This document shows, one piece after another, positions 24,892-36,853 of a DNA stretch of 64,000 nucleotides. Numbering within the stretch: the first letter of the stretch is position 1; each line of letters opens with the position of its first letter. Source of the DNA: Schizochytrium sp. TIO01 (lineage: Eukaryota > Protista > Bigyra: Labyrinthulomycetes); assembly GCA_004764695.1 (NCBI GenBank), contig SMSO01000032.1, positions 4,930,483 to 4,994,482 on the forward strand, written 5' to 3'. The position numbers were made by a program, and so were the translations under genes. Below the pieces are notes generated by a model. The model saw nothing but the letters and a program-made list of their open reading frames with translations, ran no database searches and was not told the DNA's origin.

Positions 24892-26950
24892 CAGGCAAGA
24901 ACCTTTGGAACACGTTGAGGCGCCATCGTTCCTGACCGACCGAAGGTGCGCACAGGGAATCATCGTCAATCCATCGTAAGAAGGCACGGGAGAAGGACAA
25001 CAGGAGAACACAATGCGCTCTGTGGATGACGGAAAGAGGTGTTGACAATGACAATGGGTGGGTAATCAAATCCAGAGTCCATTTTAGAATGGAGCCTTGG
25101 GCAAGATAACGCCGCCACCTGAGTCCAGAGATGCTCACCGCAACAGGCGGCCTTGATTCATTGGTTCGCCCATCTCCGTGTAGACCGGGGACCCTGCAAA
25201 GGGAGAGATCGAACTCCAAACGATGACTTCACAATACAGGCAAAATGATCAATGCGTAGAACGTAAAGGCCGCATTTTGCAAAGCCTTGAAACGAAGATA
25301 GTTTCATCTGTTGCGATTGCGATATTTTTGCGAAAGGAGGCATGAATGAATGAATTTCAATTTCGATTTCAAAGCAGCCAGGAGGTTGTATCCTCTCAGC
25401 AAACTCTCAATGTGATACCGCAAGTCCGCTGGTGTTACGCATCAATCTCGAGCTCAACGCTCCTCGCGATTCTCAGGTGACCCAAATTATGCAAGCAATT
25501 GATTTGATGGCGGCCTAGTATAATCCGAGAGTATCCAGGCCAAGATAACCAAGTTTACGAGCTACAGGAATTCCTTCAAATTATAATTGGATATATTTCC
25601 TCGTGGCTCTCTCTCTCTCTGGGGTAACAAGCCTGCAGACCAACTTGGACGAATAGTGGCATTGGATGTCATGTCAGCTTAAAACCTGATTCCTCCCCAG
25701 GATCCACCAACACGGTAATTCAATTTGACATTGGATTGCGTTCGAGTCAGGCCGAGACCCAACGATGTCACATATCTTGTGCAGCTGTCCTGCGAAATCC
25801 ACCAGAGCTCGCTCTTGCGTGTAAGCCACATTAGCTGCAAAGAACATGGCTTTACGGGGGAGTCATACTGCAGAGTTTGTGCACGCGGGCGTTGATATCT
25901 TCGACCCGGTTCTGATCATGAGCACCTCCTACGCGTGCGATGCGAGTGTCTGCGCAAAGTCTTGATGAGCCATATCTGCCAACCAACGAATGCGAGAGAC
26001 ATTCGAGAGCATAGGAAGTATCATCGCAACGAGAGTTCGTTCGAGTCTTTAAAGAAGCTCTCGAAAGGCGGGTAATTCCAGAGCAAGGGTTCATCCTCTG
26101 CTGGGAAGAGTATCACAGGGTAAGCACAAGTTAGCCTGCGCAGGTTAAACACAATACATGAAAAACACGAAACACGATCTCAATTTGAACGCTGTAATAT
26201 TGAATATGTTGGAATTTGGAATTTCTTTTGTTGGGTTGTTCTCAAGTTGAGGTAACGCTAGAATAACAAAGAAGAAGAATCGACCTCTAACTAGAAAGAA
26301 ATGCAAAGCTAGTCGCCTTTTCGGGTGGACTAAATACGAAGCACCTCCTCCTCGGTTGCTCCATAGCATTTGCGTAGTCAGCGCATCTGCTGTTTATACG
26401 TCCACCGGACTTCTTCTCTCTCATATCCATTTGTGGTTTCCGTGGAATGTCATTGTTTGCGGGTGGAGTCGCTTTGTCTGAAGCTATTCTTCGCGACTCT
26501 ATCGAATGCGAGAATTAGTGATTTAGCCCTGTAACAATGCACTTTAGCCTCCTTTGGAATTTCAACGCAACCGTACAATAGTTTTTTTGTTTTTTCTTTT
26601 TCTTTTTCTTTTTTCTTCTCTCATCCTCTCTTTTTAAAAGTTTTTTCTTCGTGGCGTATATAATTTGCAACCGACCTTCTTCAAGTTGTAAATGTGATTT
26701 TTAAAAACCACCTTCGCAATGCTTTCTCTCTCTAGAGAGAGAGTCTAACCTCTTCTTTTGTGGAGGAAGCTAAGAAGAAGCAATCAGCTTGTCTATGCGG
26801 TAACAGATGCTTTTCAAGCGATAGCTTTTTGCGATTCTTGGACATTAAACCCCTCCCAAGCTTTCAAGTCTCCTCCTTCACAAAGTTCCTCGGCACAAGT
26901 AATAAGCAAAGTCGACGTGTAAGTCATCATACATATAAAAGTGAGTCACG

Positions 26951-26952
26951 AA

Positions 26953-27036
<84 letters not shown>

Positions 27037-27038
27037 AA
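26951..27038. repeat. (AAAG)n microsatellite
   Basis: Direct reading. Confidence 0.95.
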
Positions 27039-29612
27039 ACGTGAACTCGATCGAATGAAACCTTCCTCGCTTCTTTCTTCCCCCCTCTCGACGTATAAAG
27101 TGATCAATCAATGAATCAATGAATTAACAAGTCTCCACTTCTCCTTTCCCTCTCCTTCCTTTTGCACAAGAGGTGAATGAATGCGGCTGCTTCTTCTTCG
27201 CCCCAGATTGATCAAGATCCCTTCGAAGTTTGTCGAGCTTTTGCTTCTCCCCCAAAGCGGCCTTCCTTCTTCTTCCGCCCAATCCTGCGAAGCTCCTTTG
27301 CTCAACAGAGAGAGATAATGAATGAGTGAGCAACTCGAATGCTCAAAGAAACCTGAAAAGACAGCGCCTCCTCAGAGGAAGCCACAGCATCGTCCTTTTC
27401 CCTCACTGTTAAAAATGAAATGATCATCACGAGCTACGAGAGTATTGAAAACATGCTTTTCCTTCTTCATCTTCTTTTTCTTAAAAGTAATATAAAAAGT
27501 AATATGAAAATGAAGCTTTAATTGAATTGAAAAGATGGCTCTGAAGCAGCAGCAGCGTCATTCCCTGGCGAGCTAGGAAGAAGCTAGGCCAAGCTAGGCC
27601 TTTGAGACAAGCTCGAACGCTCTCCAGAAGCAGCCTCCTCGAGGCGACACAAAAGAAGCAGGCTTGAAGCAGCTAGCTTTGCGTAGAAAGGCGCAACATC
27701 CGCGCGGCTTTCTCCATAGGTGTTACAGGATGGACAAAGGCCACACGAGAAGGGCTGTTTATCTGTCTCTCGGGACGTTCATTGGTGTATGTGAGTATGT
27801 TTGTAGCTACTACGTATAGAGAGAAGGAGAGAGTGGTCAGTCACCTCGCCTTTGAATGGAATGAATAAATAAGTAAATACGAGGAGGAGGACAGGAGGAA
27901 CCCGCACAAACGAAGCATGAGAGAACGAAGTCTGAGACTCCATCGATCGATCGATCGATCGATCGATTCTTCGATTGGCTGATTGACTGATTCGCAGAGT
28001 GGAGAAGAAGAAGCAGAAGAAGCAGAAGAAGAGGCAGGAGCAGAGAGTGAGAGGATCGAATCCGGAGAACATTTTCAAACGAATTTCTCCTCCTGAGAGG
28101 ATCCACTCTGACTAGTCAGTCAGTGAGAGAGAAAACCGGCGGCTATTATAAATGTAAATATAATTTTGGATATAACGAACACTGGAGGGGGTCCAGGGCG
28201 CGAGAGCGTTGCACGGCACTCAGTAACTGATGCTCATGGTGATTGACGCAAATAACGCAGCGGTTTAGACAACTGCTCTCCAGGTTCATCTCCTGCTACG
28301 CCTACATTTTGGAGACGACATCGTTTTTTCATCTTTCTTTTTCTCTAATATTAGTATATTAGTAGCCTCAGAATTTTCATTTCAAAGAAAGAAAAAAAGT
28401 ATTATCTGTTGTGAAACAAGGAAGAGCAGCATATTTTACATATTTTACAATCATGATACGAAGAAGGCGAACGAAGATTGGCGTGTGCAATCCAATGAGC
28501 GGCGATCTTCAAGAAAAGGCGTTCAGGATAGATTCCAACCTGGACGAGGTCGAAGGGACCGACTCGAGTTTAGTTTGAGAGCACCGCGTAAAAAGCAACA
28601 GGCCCCCTAAAGACAAGCTGCCTGCATCGATCAGCTACGCCACCTGTTCTTGACTTGCGATTTCATTCATTCTTCCTAACTTTACCCTTCTAATTCTTTT
28701 GCTGCGTTGGAGATTGTGATTTCCTCACGCAGCACAAAACAAAACAAACCAAACCAAAACAAAACAAAACGAAAGTAGACGCCATAAATCCTGACCGAAG
28801 TAAGCACAGACACTCCCAAAGAGCGAATACGAGTCGATAAGGCTTTTGGTAAACGACGCCGTCGGCCTTGGCCCAACCCTAACGAGCCTCGTTTGGAACC
28901 TTGGCATTCCATTCTCCAACCTTTTCCCTGAAAGCAATCTTCTCTCTGCCAATAATGCGAATAAGCATTAAGCATCAGCTGCTCAGCTTCCCGCTCATTC
29001 CTCAGGAAATTGCACTAAGGCGTCTTCGTGCCGTTAGTTTCTCTCCCGTAAGTCTGAAAACTTAGTTTGTTTACGGCGCCAGTGATCGAAGCCAATCACA
29101 GAGTTCCTTTCTAGAGCGAGTTGGGCATTGAATGGCCCAGAATGGACTCAGAGACTTCGTTTTAGGGCTTGCCATATGAAATGTAGTGAAATGTAGTTTA
29201 ATGTAGTTTAATGCGAGTGCCAGAATCCCTTACACCTCATCGCGATTGTCATCACAGGCCGCCTAAACACCGCCATAAACTCAGGGAGCTGAAACGGCTC
29301 AGGCCCTTTGGAAAGGATGTGCTATTGCTTTGTTTTAGCTTTTACAAATTGGTGCTAAGATTCCTGGAACGGGCTTCTTCTGTGAAGATCATTTTGGATT
29401 GATTGATTGTCTGCAAGGGCGTTTGAGGTCGGTCTCGTCTCGCTTGAAGACCCTTGATCATTCCATCGGTGCCTATATTGTAAAGAACGAAGAAGACCTT
29501 GATGCCCACTCCAGAGGCGTCGAGTTCAGAAGATGCTCAAACAATCCGTGGGCATTTTTCGAATGGCACCACCTCCCTCAAAACGAAGGCGGGATTCCCC
29601 AACTTTGCATCC

Positions 29613-29758
29613 TTTGTTTGTTTGTTTGTTTGTTTGTTTGTTTGTTTGTTTGTTTGTTTGTTTGTTTGTTTGTTTGTTTGTTTGTTTGTTTGTTTGTTTG
29701 TTTGTTTGTTTGTTTGTTTGTTTGTTTGTTTGTTTGTTTAGTTACTTAGTTAGTTAGC

Positions 29759-29833
<75 letters not shown>
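29613..29833. repeat. Compound (TTTG)n(TTAG)n microsatellite, ~220 bp
   Basis: Direct reading; the unit switches near 29740. Confidence 0.95.
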
Positions 29834-29834
<1 letters not shown>

Positions 29835-30875
29835 CAAATCATTCGAAAGAACGCCCCTCCTTCAAAAACTATCACGTTCGTGCACTTGCCCAACAGTGAG
29901 TCTGAGTCAAGCTGGCAGGGGCTTGATCACAGATGGAGAAGAAAACGAATACACGAGAAATGTAAGTGGATGGAGGAATCATTCGGATGAAGGAATGAAG
30001 GAATGAAGGAATGAATGAAGCTCTGTCAGGGCATCTTGACAAAATTACCATACGTGGGAGTATTTGCTCTACAAAGTGCTGAGTTTCTATTTGTCATGAG
30101 CAGATCAGAATCCAAGGTCATTCTATTTTGCACTATAAGTTCATGCCTCTCATCCTGTATTCTCTCTTGTTTAAATTAAAAGTATAAATTTATTTATTTA
30201 TTTCATCTATAAACAAAATCATTTTTCTGTAATTTCTTTTTCTATAATAATAATAATAATAATTATTATTATTATTATTATCATTTATATTTGAAAAGCG
30301 AAGAAGAGTATGTGCGTAATTATTTTCAACTTTAAATAAATAATAAATAAACAATTAAAAAGTAAAAGGCCTCTCAATATGGATGGATGGATTCCTTTGA
30401 ACAATGAAGACTCTCAGCAAATACCAATGCAACTGAACGATTCTCATAAGTCATAGATAAAACCAACATCGACTACCTACTGAATGCTCCTGCTTACTAC
30501 TTGGTACCAAGCCAAGAAGCAGGCTAGCATGCCGAAACAAAGCAAACCATCGGACGATGCTTCAACTTCAACCGCTCCCTCCCAAAGCCCTCAAGGCAGT
30601 CTACGACCTCCCTCCGTTTCTTCCCGGTTCCCAGCCATCGATCGAACTGCTTCTGCAGTGCCATCGCAGTGCCATTTCGCTGTGAGTGATCTTTCTTACT
30701 GTTCGCTGCTGCTTCGTTGACGCCTACGTCCAATGTCCAATGCCCTATGCAGCTTATCTACTACTGCACACCCCCCCAAAGGTTTCAGGAAGGAAGACGT
30801 ACCTGTCAGTTTGTATTATTGTTTTCAACTCATTTCGTGGCTATGGTTCATGATTCGTGGATGATCGCCGGTTAC

Positions 30876-30936
30876 TCATTCACTCATTCACTGAATGAAT
30901 CATTCATTCATTCATTCATTCATTCATTCATTCATT
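30876..30936. repeat. (TTCA)n imperfect microsatellite
   Basis: Direct reading. Confidence 0.9.
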
Positions 30937-33900
30937 GAATCGTTCATTGAATCGTTGCAGCGCCCATCACCGAAGAGTGATCGCGACAGACTTCTTACAA
31001 GAATGTTCGAGGGAGGTGCCATCTCTCGCTTTGAGGAGGTACTTGGACTTTCGACTACCTAACTAATGTGGCTCCTTCATCTCTCTGAGAGAGAGAGAGC
31101 GGAGAGTGATTTGGTGAGATCGTTGGTTCTTGATATTGTTCGATATGTTTTTTATCTTTTAACTTAAAGTTTAATTTAATGTTAATATGTTAATTTTCAT
31201 TTGTATTTATTCTAACTGAAGAAATACATTCATGTTACTTTATTTTATTTTATACTTTAAATTAAGTATTTGTTGTTTCTGAAAAGAAATGTCTGCTCTT
31301 TTCTTTTGTGCTTTTCTCAAAAGATAGATCGACATATTGATTGGTCAAACTCGTTCGAAACGAAACGGGTAACCCAAGTGAGGCAGAGTGGACCTTGGCA
31401 AGAGCATCACAGAAGAGGCATTTGAAGGTTTGAAGCACACACATGAACGAACAAACAAATAAAGAGCTCCAATTACGTCGGTGGGGCTGGACTCACAGAA
31501 AGCAAGCCCAACAAGAAGATACTTTAACATGTCATTCTGCACGTCGCACAGTCCCAAATAGCGAGCTTGATACCCCAACCCTCGCATTGACAGCCTCCCT
31601 CGTCTCAATTTCGCCCATCCGCGTAAAGAAAGAGCCCATGCAAGCTCGAGCGAGCTCCATCGAAGTTCTTCGGGCACAGCAGTTCTCCAAAATTCCGCAG
31701 TTTAGCCAACTCGATGCACGTACTAATTCAAACTGTCGCCCCTACTGCAGGTACCAAACCCCTAACCGCCTAGCCCCGCCTAGCTCCAGCTAGGCATCGC
31801 ATTTCGCTTGCATAGTGAAGTGGTGGTACAACCCGCTCTCGAACTGTCCTCGGCATGCGACGGCGGATCCGTCGATTTGGTCTTGGCCTCCTTGGAGGCC
31901 ATACCGCGTCGCGCGGGAAGCAAGCAGGCGCATCGCGAAGCAGCGAGATCAGTCTCCGTGTTCAGCTCGCTGGAGGGAAGCTGGAGGCAAGCTAGCAGCA
32001 GTCAGCGAAGAGGAGATGTGGACACGGCATTGAATCGAGTGGCTGCTGATGGACCGAGCGCGAGGGTGAGTGAGGGAGTGAGTGAGTGAAAGGCTGACTG
32101 GCTGAGCACTCACTGCCTTCTTTATCGGCTACTGCAGAGGCAGGTGTAACAGGCTAGTAGGTAGCATACCGCCGCCGTCCGGAGATTAGGGCGCCGAGAG
32201 AGAAGGGTGTCGAAGCTGCAGCTTTGTCAACTAGCTTGGCGCACCTGCCCCTGGAGGCGCGGAAAAGACGGCTGAGGGGAAGCAGCGGAGAGGAGCTGCG
32301 GGACCGGGCACTTGGCGAGGCAGCACACTGTGGGTTCCTTGGAAGCCGGACGCCAGCCAGTCTAGCTTCTTTGGCGCTGAGAGTGTGGGGTGCCGGAGCT
32401 TTGAATTTCTCCTTCGCCGGCGGCTCCTTGCTTTGCTTTTCTTCCTTCCTTTCTTTCATATGTTCTTTCATTCATTTATGTATATTCTTTCTTTCATTCT
32501 TTCACTCACGGAATCCACCGTTAAGTTAAGCCTTGAGAGACGAGAAACAAGTTCGCAACATATCGTGCAAACTCTAGTCGAAGGAGGAAGCTGTGCTTAA
32601 AGGGCGACGCAACCGCCGGCCCCAAGCCCGTTAATTGGTACGCGAGGGAATGAATGAGCCATTCATTGTTCGATGCCTGTTATTTCTAGCGAGCTTGCTT
32701 GGGAAACATCGCGGCTCTCCGTTTTGCTTTTGCAATAAATACATAAACAAATACATAAACAAATACATAAACAAATACACATAAATCAGACCAGAACCGT
32801 CGTGACTGAGAATGAGAAGAAACAGCGATGGTATTATTATTTATTCTCCATTGGTTTCATACCGCGACGACGAAAGAAAGAGAGAAAGAGAGAAAGAAAG
32901 TGGAAAATGATCAGCTCTGCGTGAGATTTGCCAACAAATGAAAGCACCTCTGAAAAAAATAAAAAATAAAAAATAAAAATAAAAGATGAAGAAAGCCCAA
33001 AAGGCAAGAACTACGGCGCCCTTCGTGACGATGTCGCGAGATCCTCTGAAAAGCGCAGGCAGGCAGCTGAAGAAACTGAGAGACCTGCTCTCAAACAGAC
33101 AGGCGGGCGCTGCTTCGAAGCTCCGTGGTCGCTGCGAAAGAACGAAGCCCACTCGGAGCTCTCGTGCCCTCATCGACGGCCTCCGAGCGGTGCCTGGCCG
33201 CTCGAGATGAGGAAGTCCGGCAAAGCTGCCGTCGAACCGGCGTGAGTGTGGTTTAGGGCCCTCTTTCGAACCGCCTGAGACCCCCCAAGGCTCCGAGGAG
33301 GCCCTCTTAGATTGTGTGCGCTCAGCACCGCCCGTCGCGAAGGGTCATCCGTCGATATGCTCATGCGCAGGAGCACGGGAACATCAATCAATTAGCGCTG
33401 GAACGGATACACATACATAATACACAGGCACGGAGGCCGTGGCGGTCATCAGCGACCTTCTGGCGATGAGGCGCTATTCGCTGGTGAAGAAACAGCAGCA
33501 CCCACGACGCTCCATGAAGATGAGCTTGCACGGCATATGGATTTCTATCCCCGGAGTGCCCAAAGAGCTCACCCGAAGGGCTTCTCGCAAGCAAGCAGGC
33601 AAGCAGGCAAGCAGGCAGGCAGGCAGGTTACCTTGTTTGTTGCTTTTGCGAGCGTGGCATCACAGTACTGAGTACACACCCTCGCAAAAGCACCAAGACA
33701 CAGCGGTGGCGCCATTGAAGTTGGAATTGTAGTCTTTTGGTTAGCACGCAGAAGTGAAGTTGCTGAGCAGGGTAGCTCGAGAGACAGGATCTGGAAAGGC
33801 GCAGGTGGGGAATTAATGTGGGCTCTCGTGGTGGCCACGAAGGAGACGGTGAGCGACAGAGACAGGACAGAGCTTCACAGCGAGTGATGTCACCCACCAC

Positions 33901-34634
33901 CGAAGAAGCACTCACTCAGTCAGTTCAACACTCTGTCGGCAGAAAGCAATCGGAGTTTGGGCCTGGTTCTAAAGCGACAGAGAACCCAGCTCCAAAGTGC
34001 GGTTTGGACATGTACAAACTTTGTAAGCCTCAATGATGAGAGATAGCCTCGCCGTGCCTCACTGAGCTTAGGCTATCTCTTGGCATAAACGTGGATCGAA
34101 ACGAGTGTATACCTCTCTCTTCGTAGATTGCAGCACGAATTCAGGAATTACAACAACCGCAATAAAGAAAGATATATCACAATAGTGAAAGATGAATGTA
34201 AAGCTCCAAAGCTATGCTTCCAGACCGAAGAAGCGGAAAAGGGCACCATCAAAACCACCTGCAACACTGTCTTTAGTTACATATATCTGAACGCGAGCTC
34301 ACGTTCCACCAGATTACACAACCATCATAGTAGTAAGTCTCTGACAGAACAGAGCATCGCTTGGAACCCTTGGAACGTCTGGAATGAAACGAGAAATGTG
34401 CCAACAGAACACCTGGAACATAGCGCCCAGAAGGGCCTGCGAGAAGAAGTTGGTGGCCAAGAAGGGACTCTGGAAAACGATACCTCCATAGGTCTTAGCA
34501 TCGCGAAGGGCGCTTGCGGAACTGATATTGAGGACGGAAAGAACCTCCAGAGCCAGAGACAGAGATCCTGCAAATTAATAACCTTCTGATATAGCCACTG
34601 ATTCAGGCCCATCGAGAAGACCTGGCTTGGAAAG

Positions 34635-36206
34635 ATGGAGTCGGATGCAAGGAGAACCAAGACCCAAAAGGCCAAGAAGCAAAAGGAGCCGCAGTCTAAC
34701 GTGTCAATGGAGTCTGATTCAGATGACTCGTCGTCGGTGGCCTCTTCTCCCCCGTTGATGAAAACACCCGCCAAGAAATCCAAGCCTGAAAAGAAGTCCA
34801 AGACTGTCAAGGCCAAGGATGAGGAGGGCAGCAACGATGATGATGACAAGAAGGACAAAAAGGCCAAGAAGGAGAAGAAGAAGAAGTCCAAGGTGGAGAA
34901 AAACGTAAGACAATCTGACGATGAAGAGGAGGAACTCGCAGAAAAGAAGAAGAAGAAGAAGAAGAAGAAGAAGAAGGAGAAAAAGAAGGAAGAGAAGGAG
35001 CCTAAGAAAGAGAAGAAGTCCAAGAAGGCGGAGCCTACAAGTGAATCTGATAACGAAGACGAACAAGTGCTTCCAGCAAAGAAAAACAAGAAATCCAAAA
35101 CGGAGAAGAAGTCAAAAAGGGGAGAGGATTCAAGCGAGCCCGGAGATGATGAAAAGTTGCTCACAGAAAAGAAGGACAAAAAGTCCAAAAAGGAAAAGCA
35201 GTCAAAGAAGAAAAAAAGCAAGTCTGATCACACCTCTGATGAAGAATCCGTATCTTCTTTAGAAATCAAATCTTCGAAGAAGAAGTCTAAAGGAAAATCA
35301 AAGAAGAAGGATGATGACCTCGATCTGAACGACTTAGATGCGAAAATTCGCGCTCTTGAAGCTGAGCTAGACAGCGACAGTAGTGATGATGATAGTGATG
35401 ACGACAGCGGCAGCAGTGACCACAGTGAAGATGAATCTGACAACTTCAAGCTGGGTCTAGATGAAGAATTAGAGCTTGAGAGAATCCCAAAACTTCCCCA
35501 GCACATGCTTCCAGCGCCAGGAATCAGTAAAAGTGTTGGATTTGGCTCCTCAGCACTTGATGAAGATTCTGACACGAAGCGTGAGAAACGCGCTGCAAAG
35601 AAACGTTCAGCGCCTAAAGATATGGAACACGAGGACGGTACAGAGCGTAAGTCAAAGAAACAGCGTGAAGCTAAACAAAGCGATTCAAAAAAAGGAGAAA
35701 AGCCTTCCCCTCGCGTCGAGACTGGACGCTCCAAGACCACTTCCCAAGTCACTGTCAAACAGCAACACTTTCAGGATGCCCCCGAGAGCGGTGAAGCATA
35801 CACGGCCGAAGAGTTTAATGACGGCACATCTTCGACAAAGCGCGTTTATGACTGCGAAGCTTGCAAGTTTCGTACTCAGTTCAAATCAGAGTGGAAGCGT
35901 CATGCAAAGTCAATGCTCCATCGCCAGAACGTTGTTATGGCTGCGGGAGCTGCGTACGAACCAGCTGCTAAACGGCCAAACTTCTGCCGAGCATGTCAAG
36001 TTCAGTTTGATACTCCCGAAGACCTGTTCGGTCACCGTTTGACTGATGAGCACAAAGACGCAGTTGAGATGGAGCGGAAGGCTTCTTATTGTCATGTCTG
36101 CAGGAAACAATTTACAAGTGCTAATCAACTACGCGAGCACATTGAAGGACGTGTGCACAAGGAGGCATTGCAAGCCAAGCGTGACTTCTGGCGCAATGGC
36201 AGGTAG
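34635..36206 (+). CDS. Lys/acidic-rich protein with three C-terminal C2H2 (matrin/U1-like) zinc fingers, probably nuclear and nucleic-acid-binding
   Basis: CEACKF...HAKSMLH, CRACQVQF...HRLTDEH and CHVCRKQF...HIEGRVH (H-x5-H spacing); K/E/D/S-rich N-terminus. Confidence 0.88.
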   Translation: MESDARRTKTQKAKKQKEPQSNVSMESDSDDSSSVASSPPLMKTPAKKSKPEKKSKTVKAKDEEGSNDDDDKKDKKAKKEKKKKSKVEKNVRQSDDEEEELAEKKKKKKKKKKKEKKKEEKEPKKEKKSKKAEPTSESDNEDEQVLPAKKNKKSKTEKKSKRGEDSSEPGDDEKLLTEKKDKKSKKEKQSKKKKSKSDHTSDEESVSSLEIKSSKKKSKGKSKKKDDDLDLNDLDAKIRALEAELDSDSSDDDSDDDSGSSDHSEDESDNFKLGLDEELELERIPKLPQHMLPAPGISKSVGFGSSALDEDSDTKREKRAAKKRSAPKDMEHEDGTERKSKKQREAKQSDSKKGEKPSPRVETGRSKTTSQVTVKQQHFQDAPESGEAYTAEEFNDGTSSTKRVYDCEACKFRTQFKSEWKRHAKSMLHRQNVVMAAGAAYEPAAKRPNFCRACQVQFDTPEDLFGHRLTDEHKDAVEMERKASYCHVCRKQFTSANQLREHIEGRVHKEALQAKRDFWRNGR

Positions 36207-36853
36207 ACCTGCATTTTAAAAAAAAAACAAAAAAACAAAAAAACTAAGGCCTTGAAACGACGCTCGGTTTATTAGTTAGTATCAACTTCTGTTTTATTAC
36301 TAAATCTACTATTACGAACAAACATTCGAATATTTTTTTCTCCTTTTCAAAGTCTTCCCCTTTCTTCATAAATAATTTCACCTCTGAAGAAGGAAACCGC
36401 AACCAGCTATATCGTTTTCAACGTGGTAGACTCTGGTCTTTACTTTTATTTTTTGGTAAAGCAACTTAATACCAGCTGTGAGTTTCACAAACACTGGAAG
36501 CCTCTACCTGGAACACTCCGATTTGGAACTTAAAGTATCCTGGCAGCGGCAATATTGTACCGTAAATTTGAATTTCGTAGACGTGAAGAAAAAGAGTCCT
36601 CTTTGGTGGGGTCCAACTGCAGCTGCAGTTGTTGTTGTTCCTAAGGCGGTTGCAATGAAGTACATCAAGCTCACAAGCATTTGTGAAATATATTTTCTTG
36701 TTAATTGGGGCTAAATCTTCAGTGGGTTGGTTCATTTGTCTCCCCGAATGAGATTACGAGTCGCAGGATCTAGATACAAGATTCTCTTCAGTATAGCATG
36801 TTGGTATTTATAGAAGAATGTCGATAAAAGACAAATAAATTGCATGCATTTGA

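Larger units (their letters stand above)
17507..34634. other. ~17 kb divergent intergenic region with no credible long ORF, rich in simple repeats
   Basis: The ORF track shows only short ORFs here (up to ~150 aa, apart from an antisense shadow of the next gene), many derived from microsatellites. The region lies 5' of both flanking genes. Confidence 0.7.

Noticed and set aside
29740-29833. (TTAG)n as a telomere-like repeat
   Set aside because: It lacks the G-run of telomeric units and is one substitution away from the adjoining (TTTG)n.
34325-35758. Long antisense ORFs (298 and 176 aa); similar shadows at 16742-17876 and 48846-49547
   Set aside because: They are complements of low-complexity coding sequence on the opposite strand.
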